A program made the translations under genes and the position numbers. The notes beneath the pieces are model-generated. The model saw only the letters and a program-made list of their open reading frames with translations. It made no database searches and was not told the DNA's origin. This document shows, piece after piece, positions 8,162 through 16,605 of a stretch of 40,875 nucleotides of DNA (positions are counted from its first letter, which is position 1; each line of letters opens with the position of its first letter). The stretch lies in assembly GCA_966211075.1 (NCBI GenBank), contig CBIHMQ010000001.1, positions 1 through 40,875 on the forward strand. The letters are read 5' to 3'. Source of the stretch: an uncultured bacterium (GTDB taxonomy: Bacteria; Actinomycetota; Thermoleophilia; Solirubrobacterales; 70-9).

Positions 8162-10495
8162 CTACGGAGCGGCGGGGGAGCTGTACCAGTCGATCCAGCC
8201 GTCGCAGGCGCCGCCCAGCGGCACCAGCCGGTGCGGCTTCGCCGGCACCGCGACGAGTTCGCCGACGTAGGCCTTGCCGTCGTACCCGGTCAGCTGCTGC
8301 AGGCCGGTCGCCGCGGCGGTGGCGAGCGTGAACGGCACCGCGCCGCCGTCGCTTCGGAAGCGCCCGGCCGGCCAGAACTGGCCGTTGTTGCCGAGGCTGA
8401 TCGTGTTCGGCCGCTGCCCGTCGAGCGCCGCCGGCAGCCTGGCGCTGAAACCGGGGGCCGAGAGGGTCAGGTCGAAGGGGGAGAAGTACTGCAGCGAGAG
8501 GTTCCAGGTGCCCGCCGGAAGCTTCAGGGTCTGGGAGGTGCGCCTGCCGGTCCCGAGGACGCTGCCCTCGCTCCAATCGTCTTTGCCGCCGATCGCGGCG
8601 TCGGGGAAGAGCGAGGCGCGGCCTCGATTGGCGAGGAGGATGCGGATCTCCGGCGAGTCGCAGCCGGCGAAGGCGCCCGCCTCGACGCCCTCGAGGAGGA
8701 CGTGTCGGTTCTCCGGCAGTGGCCCGGTCCGTTCCCAGAGCACGAACGACGGTGTCGCCTCGATGCGGCGGAAGTTGGGCGGGGCCTGGCTGTTCCAGGC
8801 AGCCCGGCCGGTGATCACGTACTTGAAGCGTTCGAGGGTCCCGGGCGAGAAGGAGTCGAAGTCGATCGGGCTGTAGGCGTCGCCGGTGTCGAAGGGCTTT
8901 TCGGGATTCTGGGCGACCTCCGGGTCGGGGAACTCGACCAGCGGCACGTGGGTGTCGGCGCCCTGGAGGTTGTATGCGGCGTAGCGGTCCTGGCCGGCGT
9001 AGAGGACAGGCTGGCCGCGCAGGACCGGCATGAACGCTCGCAGCTCGGCGCCGTGCCCGGCCGGCGCCACCGGGGCGTCGCGGAGGGCCAGGAAGCTCGA
9101 GTAGGCGGCGCCGCCGACGAAGGCGACGGCGAGGATCGCCCAGGCCAGCCGGGCCAGCGGCCGCCAGGGTTCGGGGGCGGAGGGGAAGCCGGAGAGCAGC
9201 GGCCGCACCGCGACCAGCATCGCCAGCGGCGCCGCGATCATCAGCGCCTTGGCCTGCGAGTAGTCGCCGCTGAAGGGCAGCGAGGCGACGTAGAGGAGGG
9301 CGCAGGCGAGCAGCGCCAGCGGGATCGTCAGCTCGCGCCGCCGCACCCACCAGGCGGTCCCGACCAGCAGCGCCAGCACCGCGATCGTCCCCGCCACGCC
9401 GGTCATGTGGGCGCCTCCGGCGGCGTTGAGGCGATAGTTGGAGGCGGGCCAAACGCCGAGCGCCTCCAGCGGCGAGACCGGCCCGTAGGTGTTGCTGCCG
9501 GCGACTTTGTTGAAGCTGTGGATGAACCCGAACGGCCCGACGATCGTCGCCACCACCGCCAGGCCGGCGAGGGCCGCGAGGGTGATCAGGGTCGCCGGCC
9601 GCAGCAGGAAGCGCAGCAGCGCTCGCGGCCGCAGTGCCCGCCGCACGGGCGCCTGGGTCAGCGACCAGAGGACGAGGACCGCCAGCGGCCAGGCGATCCC
9701 GGCGAAGCTGTAGGAGAAGAAGATGCCGCCGGCCAGGGCCAGCGGCGGCAGCGCGAAGCGCAGCCGCGACCAGGCGCCGCCGTCAGGCCGGTTCGGGGAG
9801 ATCAGGAAGACGGCGAAGGCGAGCACGAAGAGCGCCTCGGCGGTCTCCTTGAAGGCGGCCTGGGCGAAGTAGGAGGCGGCCAGGTAGGGGACGGCGACCA
9901 TCGTCGCGGCGACGGTGCGCGGCAGCGGCCGCATGCTGCCGAGGGCGCCCAGCGCGGTCAGCCCGGTCAACGCCCCGATCGCGACGATCTCGCCGAGGAA
10001 GGCCTGGCCGAGGTTGAGGCCGGGCACCGCCGCGACGGCGACGGCGAGGCCGTGCGGGCCGAGCGGGTAGCCGGTGTCCGGGGCGGGGCCGAAGCCGCTG
10101 CGCAGCCACTCGGCCCAGGCCAGGTGGAGGCCGAGGTCGTTGTTGAAGCCGACCCCGAGCAGTCCCCAGCGGCCGCTGACCAGGAACGGGATCGCCAGCA
10201 CGGCGACGACCAGGAGCGCCACCGGCAGCCCTGCCTTTAGGGCCCCCGGCGCCTCGTAGTCGAGCCACCAGACCAGCGCCGCCGCGACCGCGACGAGGAG
10301 GACGACGCCGAGCGTGGCGCTGGTCCCGTGTCCGGGCGCCCGGGCCAGCGCCCCGGTCACCGTCAGCAGCGCCGCGAATCCGACCGCGGGCTCGACCCAC
10401 GACCAGGTGCGCCGCCCCGCCAGCGAGAAGAGCGCGCGCCCGACCAGCAGCGAGACGGCGCAGATCAGCGCCGCCGAGGCGTAGGTCCCGATCAT
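8162..10495 (-). CDS. large polytopic membrane protein with ~330-aa extracytoplasmic C-terminal domain, function unknown (possibly GT-C-like)
   Basis: The N-terminal ~450 aa are strongly hydrophobic with many predicted TM helices ('GFNNDLGLHLAWAEWL' loop). The C-terminal domain is soluble. ATG 10495 (MIGTY...) is preferred over the TTG at 10507. I recognised no family signature. Confidence 0.7.
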   Translation of the reverse strand: MIGTYASAALICAVSLLVGRALFSLAGRRTWSWVEPAVGFAALLTVTGALARAPGHGTSATLGVVLLVAVAAALVWWLDYEAPGALKAGLPVALLVVAVLAIPFLVSGRWGLLGVGFNNDLGLHLAWAEWLRSGFGPAPDTGYPLGPHGLAVAVAAVPGLNLGQAFLGEIVAIGALTGLTALGALGSMRPLPRTVAATMVAVPYLAASYFAQAAFKETAEALFVLAFAVFLISPNRPDGGAWSRLRFALPPLALAGGIFFSYSFAGIAWPLAVLVLWSLTQAPVRRALRPRALLRFLLRPATLITLAALAGLAVVATIVGPFGFIHSFNKVAGSNTYGPVSPLEALGVWPASNYRLNAAGGAHMTGVAGTIAVLALLVGTAWWVRRRELTIPLALLACALLYVASLPFSGDYSQAKALMIAAPLAMLVAVRPLLSGFPSAPEPWRPLARLAWAILAVAFVGGAAYSSFLALRDAPVAPAGHGAELRAFMPVLRGQPVLYAGQDRYAAYNLQGADTHVPLVEFPDPEVAQNPEKPFDTGDAYSPIDFDSFSPGTLERFKYVITGRAAWNSQAPPNFRRIEATPSFVLWERTGPLPENRHVLLEGVEAGAFAGCDSPEIRILLANRGRASLFPDAAIGGKDDWSEGSVLGTGRRTSQTLKLPAGTWNLSLQYFSPFDLTLSAPGFSARLPAALDGQRPNTISLGNNGQFWPAGRFRSDGGAVPFTLATAAATGLQQLTGYDGKAYVGELVAVPAKPHRLVPLGGACDGWIDWYSSPAAP

Positions 10496-10549
10496 CAGGG
10501 ATGGCAACTTATGGCAGTGGCGCTGGCCGTGCGCGCCAGTGCCGGCCGC

Positions 10550-11266
10550 TCAGTGCTTCTCAGCCGCCGCTTCCAGGGTCGGCCGGAGGTTCTCGCCGCG
10601 CAGCGGATGCTCGTGTCCGGCGCCGACGATCTTCGGCTCCAGCGCCGCCAGCTTGCGGACCGACTGCTTCGCCTGCCGGTGGTCCCAGGCCCAGGCGGGG
10701 TGGGGGACGCTGGCCTCGCCGTCGGGCAGCGGTTTGAGCCGTCCCGAGTCGACCAGGTAGATCGTGTCGCTGACCAGCGCCACCCGGTCGCTCTCGCGCC
10801 AGAGCCCGATCAGCCCCGGCGCGTGGCCGGGGAAGTGCACGACCTCGAAGCCGGCGACCTCGTCGCCCTCCTCGACGGTGCCGTCGATCTTCACGGCGCC
10901 GCCGTCCCAGCGCCGCAGCAGGAACGGGTAGAGCCGGCGGATCCAGGCGACCGGCAGCTCCGAGAGGTCCATGTAGGAGTCGATCGCGGCGTCGCTTTCG
11001 GCGTCGGCGACTTCGTCGGGGTGGCAATAGACCGGCACCCCCATATATGGAGCGGTGCCGCGGTGGTCGGCGTGGGCGTGCCCGAGCACGATCCGCTTGA
11101 CGCCGCCGAGCTGGTCGCCGGCCCGTTTCGCCGCCTTCCGCATCGCCTTGGTGCCGGCGTCGAACTGCACGACCCCGTCGCCGTCCTCGAGGAAGTAGAT
11201 GTTCATCGCGCCGCGGAAGTCCCCCCGCAGCAGCCAGACGCCATCGGCGACCTTCTCCAGCCCCAT
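10550..11266 (-). CDS. MBL-fold metallo-hydrolase
   Basis: Contains the HxHxDH motif 'LGHAHADHRG' and a downstream 'HFPGHAPG' metal-ligand block. Length is 238 aa. Confidence 0.88.
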   Translation of the reverse strand: MGLEKVADGVWLLRGDFRGAMNIYFLEDGDGVVQFDAGTKAMRKAAKRAGDQLGGVKRIVLGHAHADHRGTAPYMGVPVYCHPDEVADAESDAAIDSYMDLSELPVAWIRRLYPFLLRRWDGGAVKIDGTVEEGDEVAGFEVVHFPGHAPGLIGLWRESDRVALVSDTIYLVDSGRLKPLPDGEASVPHPAWAWDHRQAKQSVRKLAALEPKIVGAGHEHPLRGENLRPTLEAAAEKH

Positions 11267-11316
11267 CGGCCCACCATAGCCCCCGCCCGTCGCGGCTGGC
11301 TAGGGTTCGCGCCTCG

Positions 11317-11484
11317 ATGCCCTGGATCTGGAAAGCCGGATTTGTCGTCCTCATCGTTTGCCTGCTGGCCTCGATGGCGATCGCGATCGTCCGTCTGACG
11401 ACGACCCCCGTCGAGGAACTCGGCGCCGGCTTCCGCGACCTCCCCGAGAGGCAGGTCCGCGCCTACGAGCGCGCCACCCGGTGA
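11317..11484 (+). CDS. small (55 aa) single-TM protein, hypothetical; below the ORF-track cutoff
   Basis: Sequence is MPWIWKAGFVVLIVCLLASMAIAIVRLTTTPVEELGAGFRDLPERQVRAYERATR. By my count 49 of 55 codons end in G/C, as in the real genes here. It sits in the gap between the MBL gene and the USP gene. Confidence 0.4.
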   Translation: MPWIWKAGFVVLIVCLLASMAIAIVRLTTTPVEELGAGFRDLPERQVRAYERATR

Positions 11485-11533
11485 ACCGGGTTAGTATCGA
11501 CCGCGTTCAGCGACCGAGCAGAGGAGGGGCGGC

Positions 11534-11977
11534 GTGTTCACTCGCATCGTGGTTGGGACCGATGGCTCTGAGACCGCTGGGGAGGCGGTGCGCCAGGCTG
11601 TCGACCTGGCCAAGCTGACCGGCGCCGAGCTCAGCATCGTCAGCGCTTACTCGCCCGTCTCCGAGCGGCGCGTCCGCGACACCCAGGACGCCGCCCCTAC
11701 CGACGTCCAGTACGAGCTCGGGCCGCGCGAAGAGGTCAACCTGGTCCTCGACGCCGCCGCCGCGGCGGCCCGCAAAGACGGGATCGAGGTCCAAACCCAC
11801 CCGGTCGAGGGCGACCCCGCCGAGGCGATCCTCACCGTCGCCGAAGACACCAAAGCCGACCTGATCGTGGTCGGCAACAAGGGCATGACCGGCGCTCGCC
11901 GCTTCCTGCTCGGCAGCGTCCCGAACAACGTCTCGCATCACGCGCCGTGCTCGGTCATCATCGTCAGGACTACCTGA
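11534..11977 (+). CDS. universal stress protein (UspA family)
   Basis: GTG start preceded by GAGGAGG. Contains 'RIVVGTDGSETA' and 'VVGNKGMTGARRFLLGSVPNNVSHHAPCSVIIV' (ATP-binding G-x2-G-x9-G(S/T) type). Confidence 0.9.
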   Translation: MFTRIVVGTDGSETAGEAVRQAVDLAKLTGAELSIVSAYSPVSERRVRDTQDAAPTDVQYELGPREEVNLVLDAAAAAARKDGIEVQTHPVEGDPAEAILTVAEDTKADLIVVGNKGMTGARRFLLGSVPNNVSHHAPCSVIIVRTT

Positions 11978-12000
11978 CGCGAGGTTGTTGAGCGGCGCCC

Positions 12001-13350
12001 TCAGGGAGCGGGGGAAGTTGCCGCGTCGGCGTTGATCAGGCCGGCCCCCTGCCGAATTCGCGGCAGGCCCAGGCTTCGCGCGGTTTGCCGCAACTGCTTC
12101 GCCACCGCGTCGACGCGCGCCTTCCCGGTCTTCGCCGGGGCGTAAGTCTTCGCCGCCAGTACCAACGCGGCGACGGCGGAGACGTGGGCGGCGGCCATCG
12201 AGGTGCCGACGTAGTCGCCGGGGATCGCGAAGACGTTGGTGCTGCCGCGGCGCAGGGTCACCTGGTAGATCGGCCGGGCCGAGATCGAGGGGCAGTTGGC
12301 GACCGGACGGCCACCGCCGGGGGCGAGCAGGTCGATGCCCTTGCCGGCCAGCGAGTAGCTGCCGAGGCAGCCGCCCTCGGTGGTGCCGCCGACTCCGATC
12401 ACCCGCGGCCCGGTCGCCGGCGGCGAGACGCAGGTCTCGGCACCGAGGTTGCCGACCGAGCCGACCGTCACCACCCCGCGCGCGTAGGCGTCGCGAAGCG
12501 CTTCGTCGACCTCGGGCACCGGCTTGCCGCAGCCGAAGTTGAAGCTCATGTTGATCACGTCGGCGCCGTGGCGGACGGCGAAGCGGATCCCCTTGGCGAT
12601 CTCGCTGGCGCGGCCACGGCCCTGGGAGTCGAGCACCCGGACCGGCATCAGCCGGGCGTTGAAGGCGATCCCGGTGAGGCCGATCCCGTTGCCGGTCCGC
12701 TCGGCGATCGTGCCGGCGACGTGGGTGCCATGGCCGTTCTCGTCCAGTGGCAGATCGTCGTCGTCGACGAAGTCGTGGCCGCGGGAGAACTGGCCGGCGG
12801 TGAAGTCGGGGCTGCGGGCGAACTCGGTGCCATCGGTGCGGTAGGCGACGCCGGTGTCGAGCACGGCGATGGTGGTTCCGCGGGCGCCGGGTCGCCCGGC
12901 CGCGGCGAGGTTGCGCCAGGCCCCGATCGCGTCGATCCCGCCCGGCGAGGTCGGCACGTGCAGGCCCGGCTCCGCTTCGCTGGCGAGGAAGTTCCACTGC
13001 TTGAAGGCCCAGTCGCCGGCCGCCGAGGCCGCTTCGGCGCCCAGGCCGAGGGTGCCGGAGTCGTCAGGGACGGGGAAGGTCGCCGAGGCGGTGGCGATGT
13101 AGTCGGGGACGGCGTAGTCGACGCTCGGGTTGTCCCGCAGCGCCGCCGCCGTCTCGCGCACCCCGGCGCCTCTCGGCAATGCCAGCGTGCGGCCGCGTTC
13201 CTGGCCGTCGAACTTGACGACGACGTGGCCCGGCGCGAAGCCGCGTGCGGGGGAGATGCCGGCCGCCGCCCAGGCGGGCGCGGCGCTGCCGAGGGCGCCG
13301 AGCGCGGCGAGCAGGGCGACGGTGGCGAGGGTCGGAAGCGTCTTTCTCAT
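12001..13350 (-). CDS. secreted S8-family subtilisin-like serine peptidase
   Basis: Signal peptide 'MRKTLPTLATVALLAALGALGSAAPAWA'. The catalytic triad blocks are 'AVLDTGV' (D), 'HGTHVAG' (H) and 'GTSMAAAHVS' (S). Confidence 0.9.
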   Translation of the reverse strand: MRKTLPTLATVALLAALGALGSAAPAWAAAGISPARGFAPGHVVVKFDGQERGRTLALPRGAGVRETAAALRDNPSVDYAVPDYIATASATFPVPDDSGTLGLGAEAASAAGDWAFKQWNFLASEAEPGLHVPTSPGGIDAIGAWRNLAAAGRPGARGTTIAVLDTGVAYRTDGTEFARSPDFTAGQFSRGHDFVDDDDLPLDENGHGTHVAGTIAERTGNGIGLTGIAFNARLMPVRVLDSQGRGRASEIAKGIRFAVRHGADVINMSFNFGCGKPVPEVDEALRDAYARGVVTVGSVGNLGAETCVSPPATGPRVIGVGGTTEGGCLGSYSLAGKGIDLLAPGGGRPVANCPSISARPIYQVTLRRGSTNVFAIPGDYVGTSMAAAHVSAVAALVLAAKTYAPAKTGKARVDAVAKQLRQTARSLGLPRIRQGAGLINADAATSPAP

Positions 13351-13453
13351 GCGGCAAAGTGCTCGCCAGCGCCTTGCGCCGCGAGCTCTTCAACTAACAC
13401 GGGCAACGCGGCGAAGTTTTCGAGAACGTCGGGCCGACATACTCCCGGATCGG

Positions 13454-13957
13454 ATGCCCGGCTCCGCCGACACCGCCACCCATGAACGATCGATGGCACT
13501 GGCGATCGAGCGGGCGCGCCGGGCCGAGACCCACGGCGACGTCCCGATCGGTGCCGCGATCTTCCGCGACGGCGAGCTGCTCGCCGCCGCCGGCAACGAG
13601 CGCGAGCTGCGCCACGACCCGACCGCCCACGCCGAGATCCTCGCGATCCGCGCCGCCGCCGAGACACTCGGCGGCTGGCGGCTGCCCGGCACGACTCTCT
13701 ACGTCACCCTCGAGCCCTGCGCGATGTGCGCCGGCGCGATCGTCCTCGCCCGCATCCCCACCGTCGTCTTCGGCGCCCCCGACCCCAAGGCCGGCGCCGC
13801 CGGCTCCGTCCTCGACGTCCTCGCCGAGCCGGCCCTCAACCACCGCCCCGAGGTCGTTGCCGGCATCCGCGAGCCCGAGTGCGCCGCCCTCCTCCGCGAC
13901 TTCTTCGCCGCCCGCCGCACCCCGCGCTCAACGGAGCCGCCGAGCCAATACCCTTGA
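13454..13957 (+). CDS. tadA: tRNA-specific adenosine deaminase
   Basis: Contains 'PIGAAIF', 'HAEILAIRAA' (H(A/C)E zinc motif) and 'LEPCAMCAGAI' (PCxxC). ATG 13454 lies inside ORF 13130..13957; ATG 13493 is an alternative. Confidence 0.88.
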   Translation: MPGSADTATHERSMALAIERARRAETHGDVPIGAAIFRDGELLAAAGNERELRHDPTAHAEILAIRAAAETLGGWRLPGTTLYVTLEPCAMCAGAIVLARIPTVVFGAPDPKAGAAGSVLDVLAEPALNHRPEVVAGIREPECAALLRDFFAARRTPRSTEPPSQYP

Positions 13958-13965
13958 AGACACCC

Positions 13966-14055
13966 GGAGAGGTGTCCGAGTGGCTTAAGGAGCGCGACTG
14001 GAAATCGCGTGGGCGGGGTTAACCCGCCTCGTGGGTTCGAATCCCACCCTCTCCG
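13966..14055 (+). tRNA. tRNA-Ser (anticodon GGA), class II with long variable arm; CCA not encoded
   Basis: Acceptor GGAGAGG / CCTCTCC, anticodon stem-loop CGCGA-CTGGAAA-TCGCG, and T-arm GTGGGTTCGAATCCCAC. Folded by eye. Confidence 0.92.
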
Positions 14056-14064
14056 TTCAGGTTC

Positions 14065-14946
14065 TCAGCGCTTTCGACTTCCCCCCAGTCCACTGTTGTT
14101 GTTCTCCGGGACGAACTGGCTGGCCGTGAAGATGCCGCCGGCCGGGTCGACGATCACCGCCATCCGCACCCAGGGGGCGTCGAAGGGACCGGCGAGGACC
14201 TCGCCGCCCAGCTCCTCCGCCTTGGCGGCGATAGCGTCGGCGTCCTCGGTGGCGAAGGTGACGCCCCAGTGCGGTGGCGCGTCGGGCTGGTCGTCGGGGA
14301 TCGGGACGATGCTGGCGACCACGTTCTCGAATCCCTTCGGGGCGCCCATCGTCGCCATCCGTTCGACCGTCCCCGGATTCAGTTCGTCGAGGAACTCACC
14401 GTAGCCAGGCAGCGCCCAGGCGTTGAAGCCGCCGTCCATTTCCAGGACCTCCCAGCCGAAGACGGCGCCGTAGAACTCCTTGGCGGCGGCGACGTCGCGG
14501 GTGTTGAGGTCGTTGAAGTTGAGCGAGCCGGCCTCGTTGACGACCCTGGCGCCGCGATGCCGGCCCGGCTCCCAGGCGCAGAAGACGGCGCCCTCGGGGT
14601 CGGCGAAGACCGCCATCCGACCCGCCTCCATGACGTCGAACGGCTCGTCGAGCACCTTGCCGCCAGCGGCCCGGACCTTCTCGGCCGTCTCGTCGGCGCT
14701 CTCGACCCAGACGTAGGTGTTCCAGGTCGCGTGCGGCGGCTGGCCGGCCGGCGGGGAACTGATCGCGGCGGCCTCCCTGCCGTCGATGCTGGCCATGAAG
14801 TAGTTGCCGTCCGCCTCCGCGGGCATCCGGTCCTCCAGCTCCCAGCCGAACAGCCCGCCGTAGAACTCGACCGCGGCCGCCGGGTCGGGCTGGCTCGTGT
14901 CCACCCAGCATGGGACGCCGGGGATGTACCTGTCTCTCTCGCTCAT
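14065..14946 (-). CDS. two-domain VOC (glyoxalase/bleomycin-resistance/dioxygenase) family protein
   Basis: An internal duplication carries 'FYGGLFGWELED' and 'FYGAVFGWEVLE' blocks, typical of tandem VOC modules. It is divergent from a YafY-type regulator, a common pairing. Confidence 0.85.
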   Translation of the reverse strand: MSERDRYIPGVPCWVDTSQPDPAAAVEFYGGLFGWELEDRMPAEADGNYFMASIDGREAAAISSPPAGQPPHATWNTYVWVESADETAEKVRAAGGKVLDEPFDVMEAGRMAVFADPEGAVFCAWEPGRHRGARVVNEAGSLNFNDLNTRDVAAAKEFYGAVFGWEVLEMDGGFNAWALPGYGEFLDELNPGTVERMATMGAPKGFENVVASIVPIPDDQPDAPPHWGVTFATEDADAIAAKAEELGGEVLAGPFDAPWVRMAVIVDPAGGIFTASQFVPENNNSGLGGSRKR

Positions 14947-15040
14947 CTCTTCGTTCCTTTCGGGATTGCCGACATGGCGCGCACCCTAGGAACGATTTAG
15001 GTCAGGATCTGTCCGCAATCATCGGAACCATGAATTCGAG

Positions 15041-15787
15041 ATGAACGAGACCTCGAGCCGACTGCTGGAGCTGCTGGCCCTGCTGCAGGGCCGCCGCGAC
15101 TGGCCCGGCGCCGAGCTCGCCGAGCGGCTCGGCGTCTCCGGCCGGACGATCCGCCGCGACGTCGAGCGGCTCCGCGAGCTCGGCTACCCGGTCGAGTCGC
15201 TGACCGGCCCGGCCGGCGGCTACACGCTGCGGGCCGGGACGGCGATGCCGCCGCTGCTGCTCGACGAGGAGGAGGCGATCGCGATCGCGGTCGGCCTCCG
15301 CACCGCCGCCAGCTCCTCGGTCGCCGGCATCGAGGAGACCTCGGTCCGGGCCCTGGTCAAGCTCGAGCAGGTGCTGCCCGCGCACCTGCGCCGCCGCGTC
15401 GCCGCGCTCGGCTCGGCGACCGTCGCCACCCCGGTCGACGGCCCGGTGGTCGACCCCCAGCACCTCACCGCGATCGCCGCCGCCTGCCGCGACCGCGACT
15501 GCCTGCGCTTCGCCTACACCCGGCGCGACGGCACCGAGAGCCGCCGCGAGGTCGAGCCGCACTCGCTGGTCAACCGCGGCCGCCGCTGGTACCTGGTGGC
15601 CTGGGACCGCGGCCGCGAGGACTGGCGCAGCTTCCGGGTCGACCGCCTCGAGCGCCCGGCCGGGATGGGGGTGCGCTTCGCGCCGCGCCGCCTGCCCGCC
15701 AAGGACGCCGCCGCCTTCGTCGAGCGCGGCATCTCCGATCGCCCCAGCCGCTACGAGGCCCGCGTCACCCTCCACGCCCCCGCCTAG
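15041..15787 (+). CDS. YafY-family regulator, HTH + WYL part, ended by an in-frame TAG (possible pseudogene or split gene)
   Basis: N-terminal HTH 'RLLELLALLQGRRDWPGAELAERLGVSGRTIRRDVERLRELGYPV'. The WYL block is 'GRRWYLVAWD'. Confidence 0.8.
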   Translation: MNETSSRLLELLALLQGRRDWPGAELAERLGVSGRTIRRDVERLRELGYPVESLTGPAGGYTLRAGTAMPPLLLDEEEAIAIAVGLRTAASSSVAGIEETSVRALVKLEQVLPAHLRRRVAALGSATVATPVDGPVVDPQHLTAIAAACRDRDCLRFAYTRRDGTESRREVEPHSLVNRGRRWYLVAWDRGREDWRSFRVDRLERPAGMGVRFAPRRLPAKDAAAFVERGISDRPSRYEARVTLHAPA

Positions 15788-15790
15788 CAG

Positions 15791-16000
15791 ATGACCCGCC
15801 GCCTCCCGTCCTACTGGGGCCGCTTCACCCCGATCGACGCCGAGCGCTGCGAGTACCGGACCGGCGACGACGACCTCGGCTGGCTGATGACCCGCATCGC
15901 CATGCTCGGCGTCGACTTCGAGATCCACGAGCCTCCCGAGCTGATCGAGCACCTCCACGTCATCGCCGAGCGCTTGCGCCGCGCCGGCGGCGGCGAGTAG
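15791..16000 (+). CDS. C-terminal (WCX-like) domain of the same YafY-family regulator, same frame, one codon after the TAG
   Basis: 15791 is in frame with 15041 (difference 750). 'WGRFTPIDAERCEYRTGDDDLGWLMTRIAMLGVDFEIHEPPELIEHL' looks like the usual YafY C-terminal domain. Confidence 0.6.
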   Translation: MTRRLPSYWGRFTPIDAERCEYRTGDDDLGWLMTRIAMLGVDFEIHEPPELIEHLHVIAERLRRAGGGE

Positions 16001-16209
16001 GTCTCCGCGGACTGGCTGCGCACCAAAGCAAAGCCCCGGCCGCATAACTCCCTCGCGAGAGTCCTAGGCGGTACCGGGGCATCCGCGGCTATGATAGCGC
16101 AGACAATGAGTTACGCATCGTCCACTCCGGACACGTGGCTCTCGGCAGCCAGATTTGCTCCCTTCCTCAACGCGGCTGAAGGCGACCACGGGCAGGCTCC
16201 ATCAAGCGG

Positions 16210-16605
16210 GTGATCGTTGCGATCGAGAGATTGAAGAAAGGCAAGCCGATCACTCGCGGTGGGGTGGTGGCCGGTGTTCAATTCGGCTTTTGGGTCAGCC
16301 TGTTCAACAAGCATTACGAGGATCTCTGGCGCGAGCGACTGCGACGAGCTTTCCCGCACGGGCCCGCCACACGCAAGGACCTGGCCTCCTCCATGGACCG
16401 CATCCGTCGCTTCCGCAACCGCGTCGCCCACCACGACTGCCTGCTCGGCCAGGACGTTGCCGCTCGATCCGAGGAGATGCTGCGGATCGTCGCTTGGATC
16501 GACCCTGAGGCGGGTGCCTGGCTCGCCGCCCGGTCGCGGGTCCTCGAGCTCGCGGCTCAGATGCCGGCGGTGGAGACGGCCGGGTCGCTGGTCGCCGCCC
16601 GGTAG
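16210..16605 (+). pseudogene. Abi-family (Abi_2-like abortive-infection) protein, C-terminal fragment
   Basis: Contains 'GVQFGFWVSLFNKHYEDLWRERLRRAFP' and 'RIRRFRNRVAHHDCLL', matching the conserved FGFW and RNR.AHH blocks of Abi_2-type proteins. A 35-codon N-terminal Abi-like piece (16106..16213) sits in another frame. GC is lower than in the neighbours. Confidence 0.6.

Noticed and set aside
11358-11618. 86-aa plus-strand ORF in the MBL/USP spacer
   Set aside because: It is Arg-rich, runs 85 nt into the USP gene in another frame, and competes with the better-looking 55-codon TM ORF at 11317..11484.
13454-14055. tadA ending 8 bp before tRNA-Ser, as a possible functional enzyme-substrate unit
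   Set aside because: TadA acts on tRNA-Arg(ACG), not tRNA-Ser. The adjacency is most simply a shared transcription unit and is not unusual.
13966-16605. Genomic island integrated at tRNA-Ser(GGA); likewise at tRNA-Ser(CGA), 18584..20527
   Set aside because: Accessory-looking genes follow both tRNAs (Abi relic, split YafY, XRE triplet). However, there is no integrase, and I could not find a direct repeat of either tRNA 3' end downstream. At most these are old, decayed insertions.
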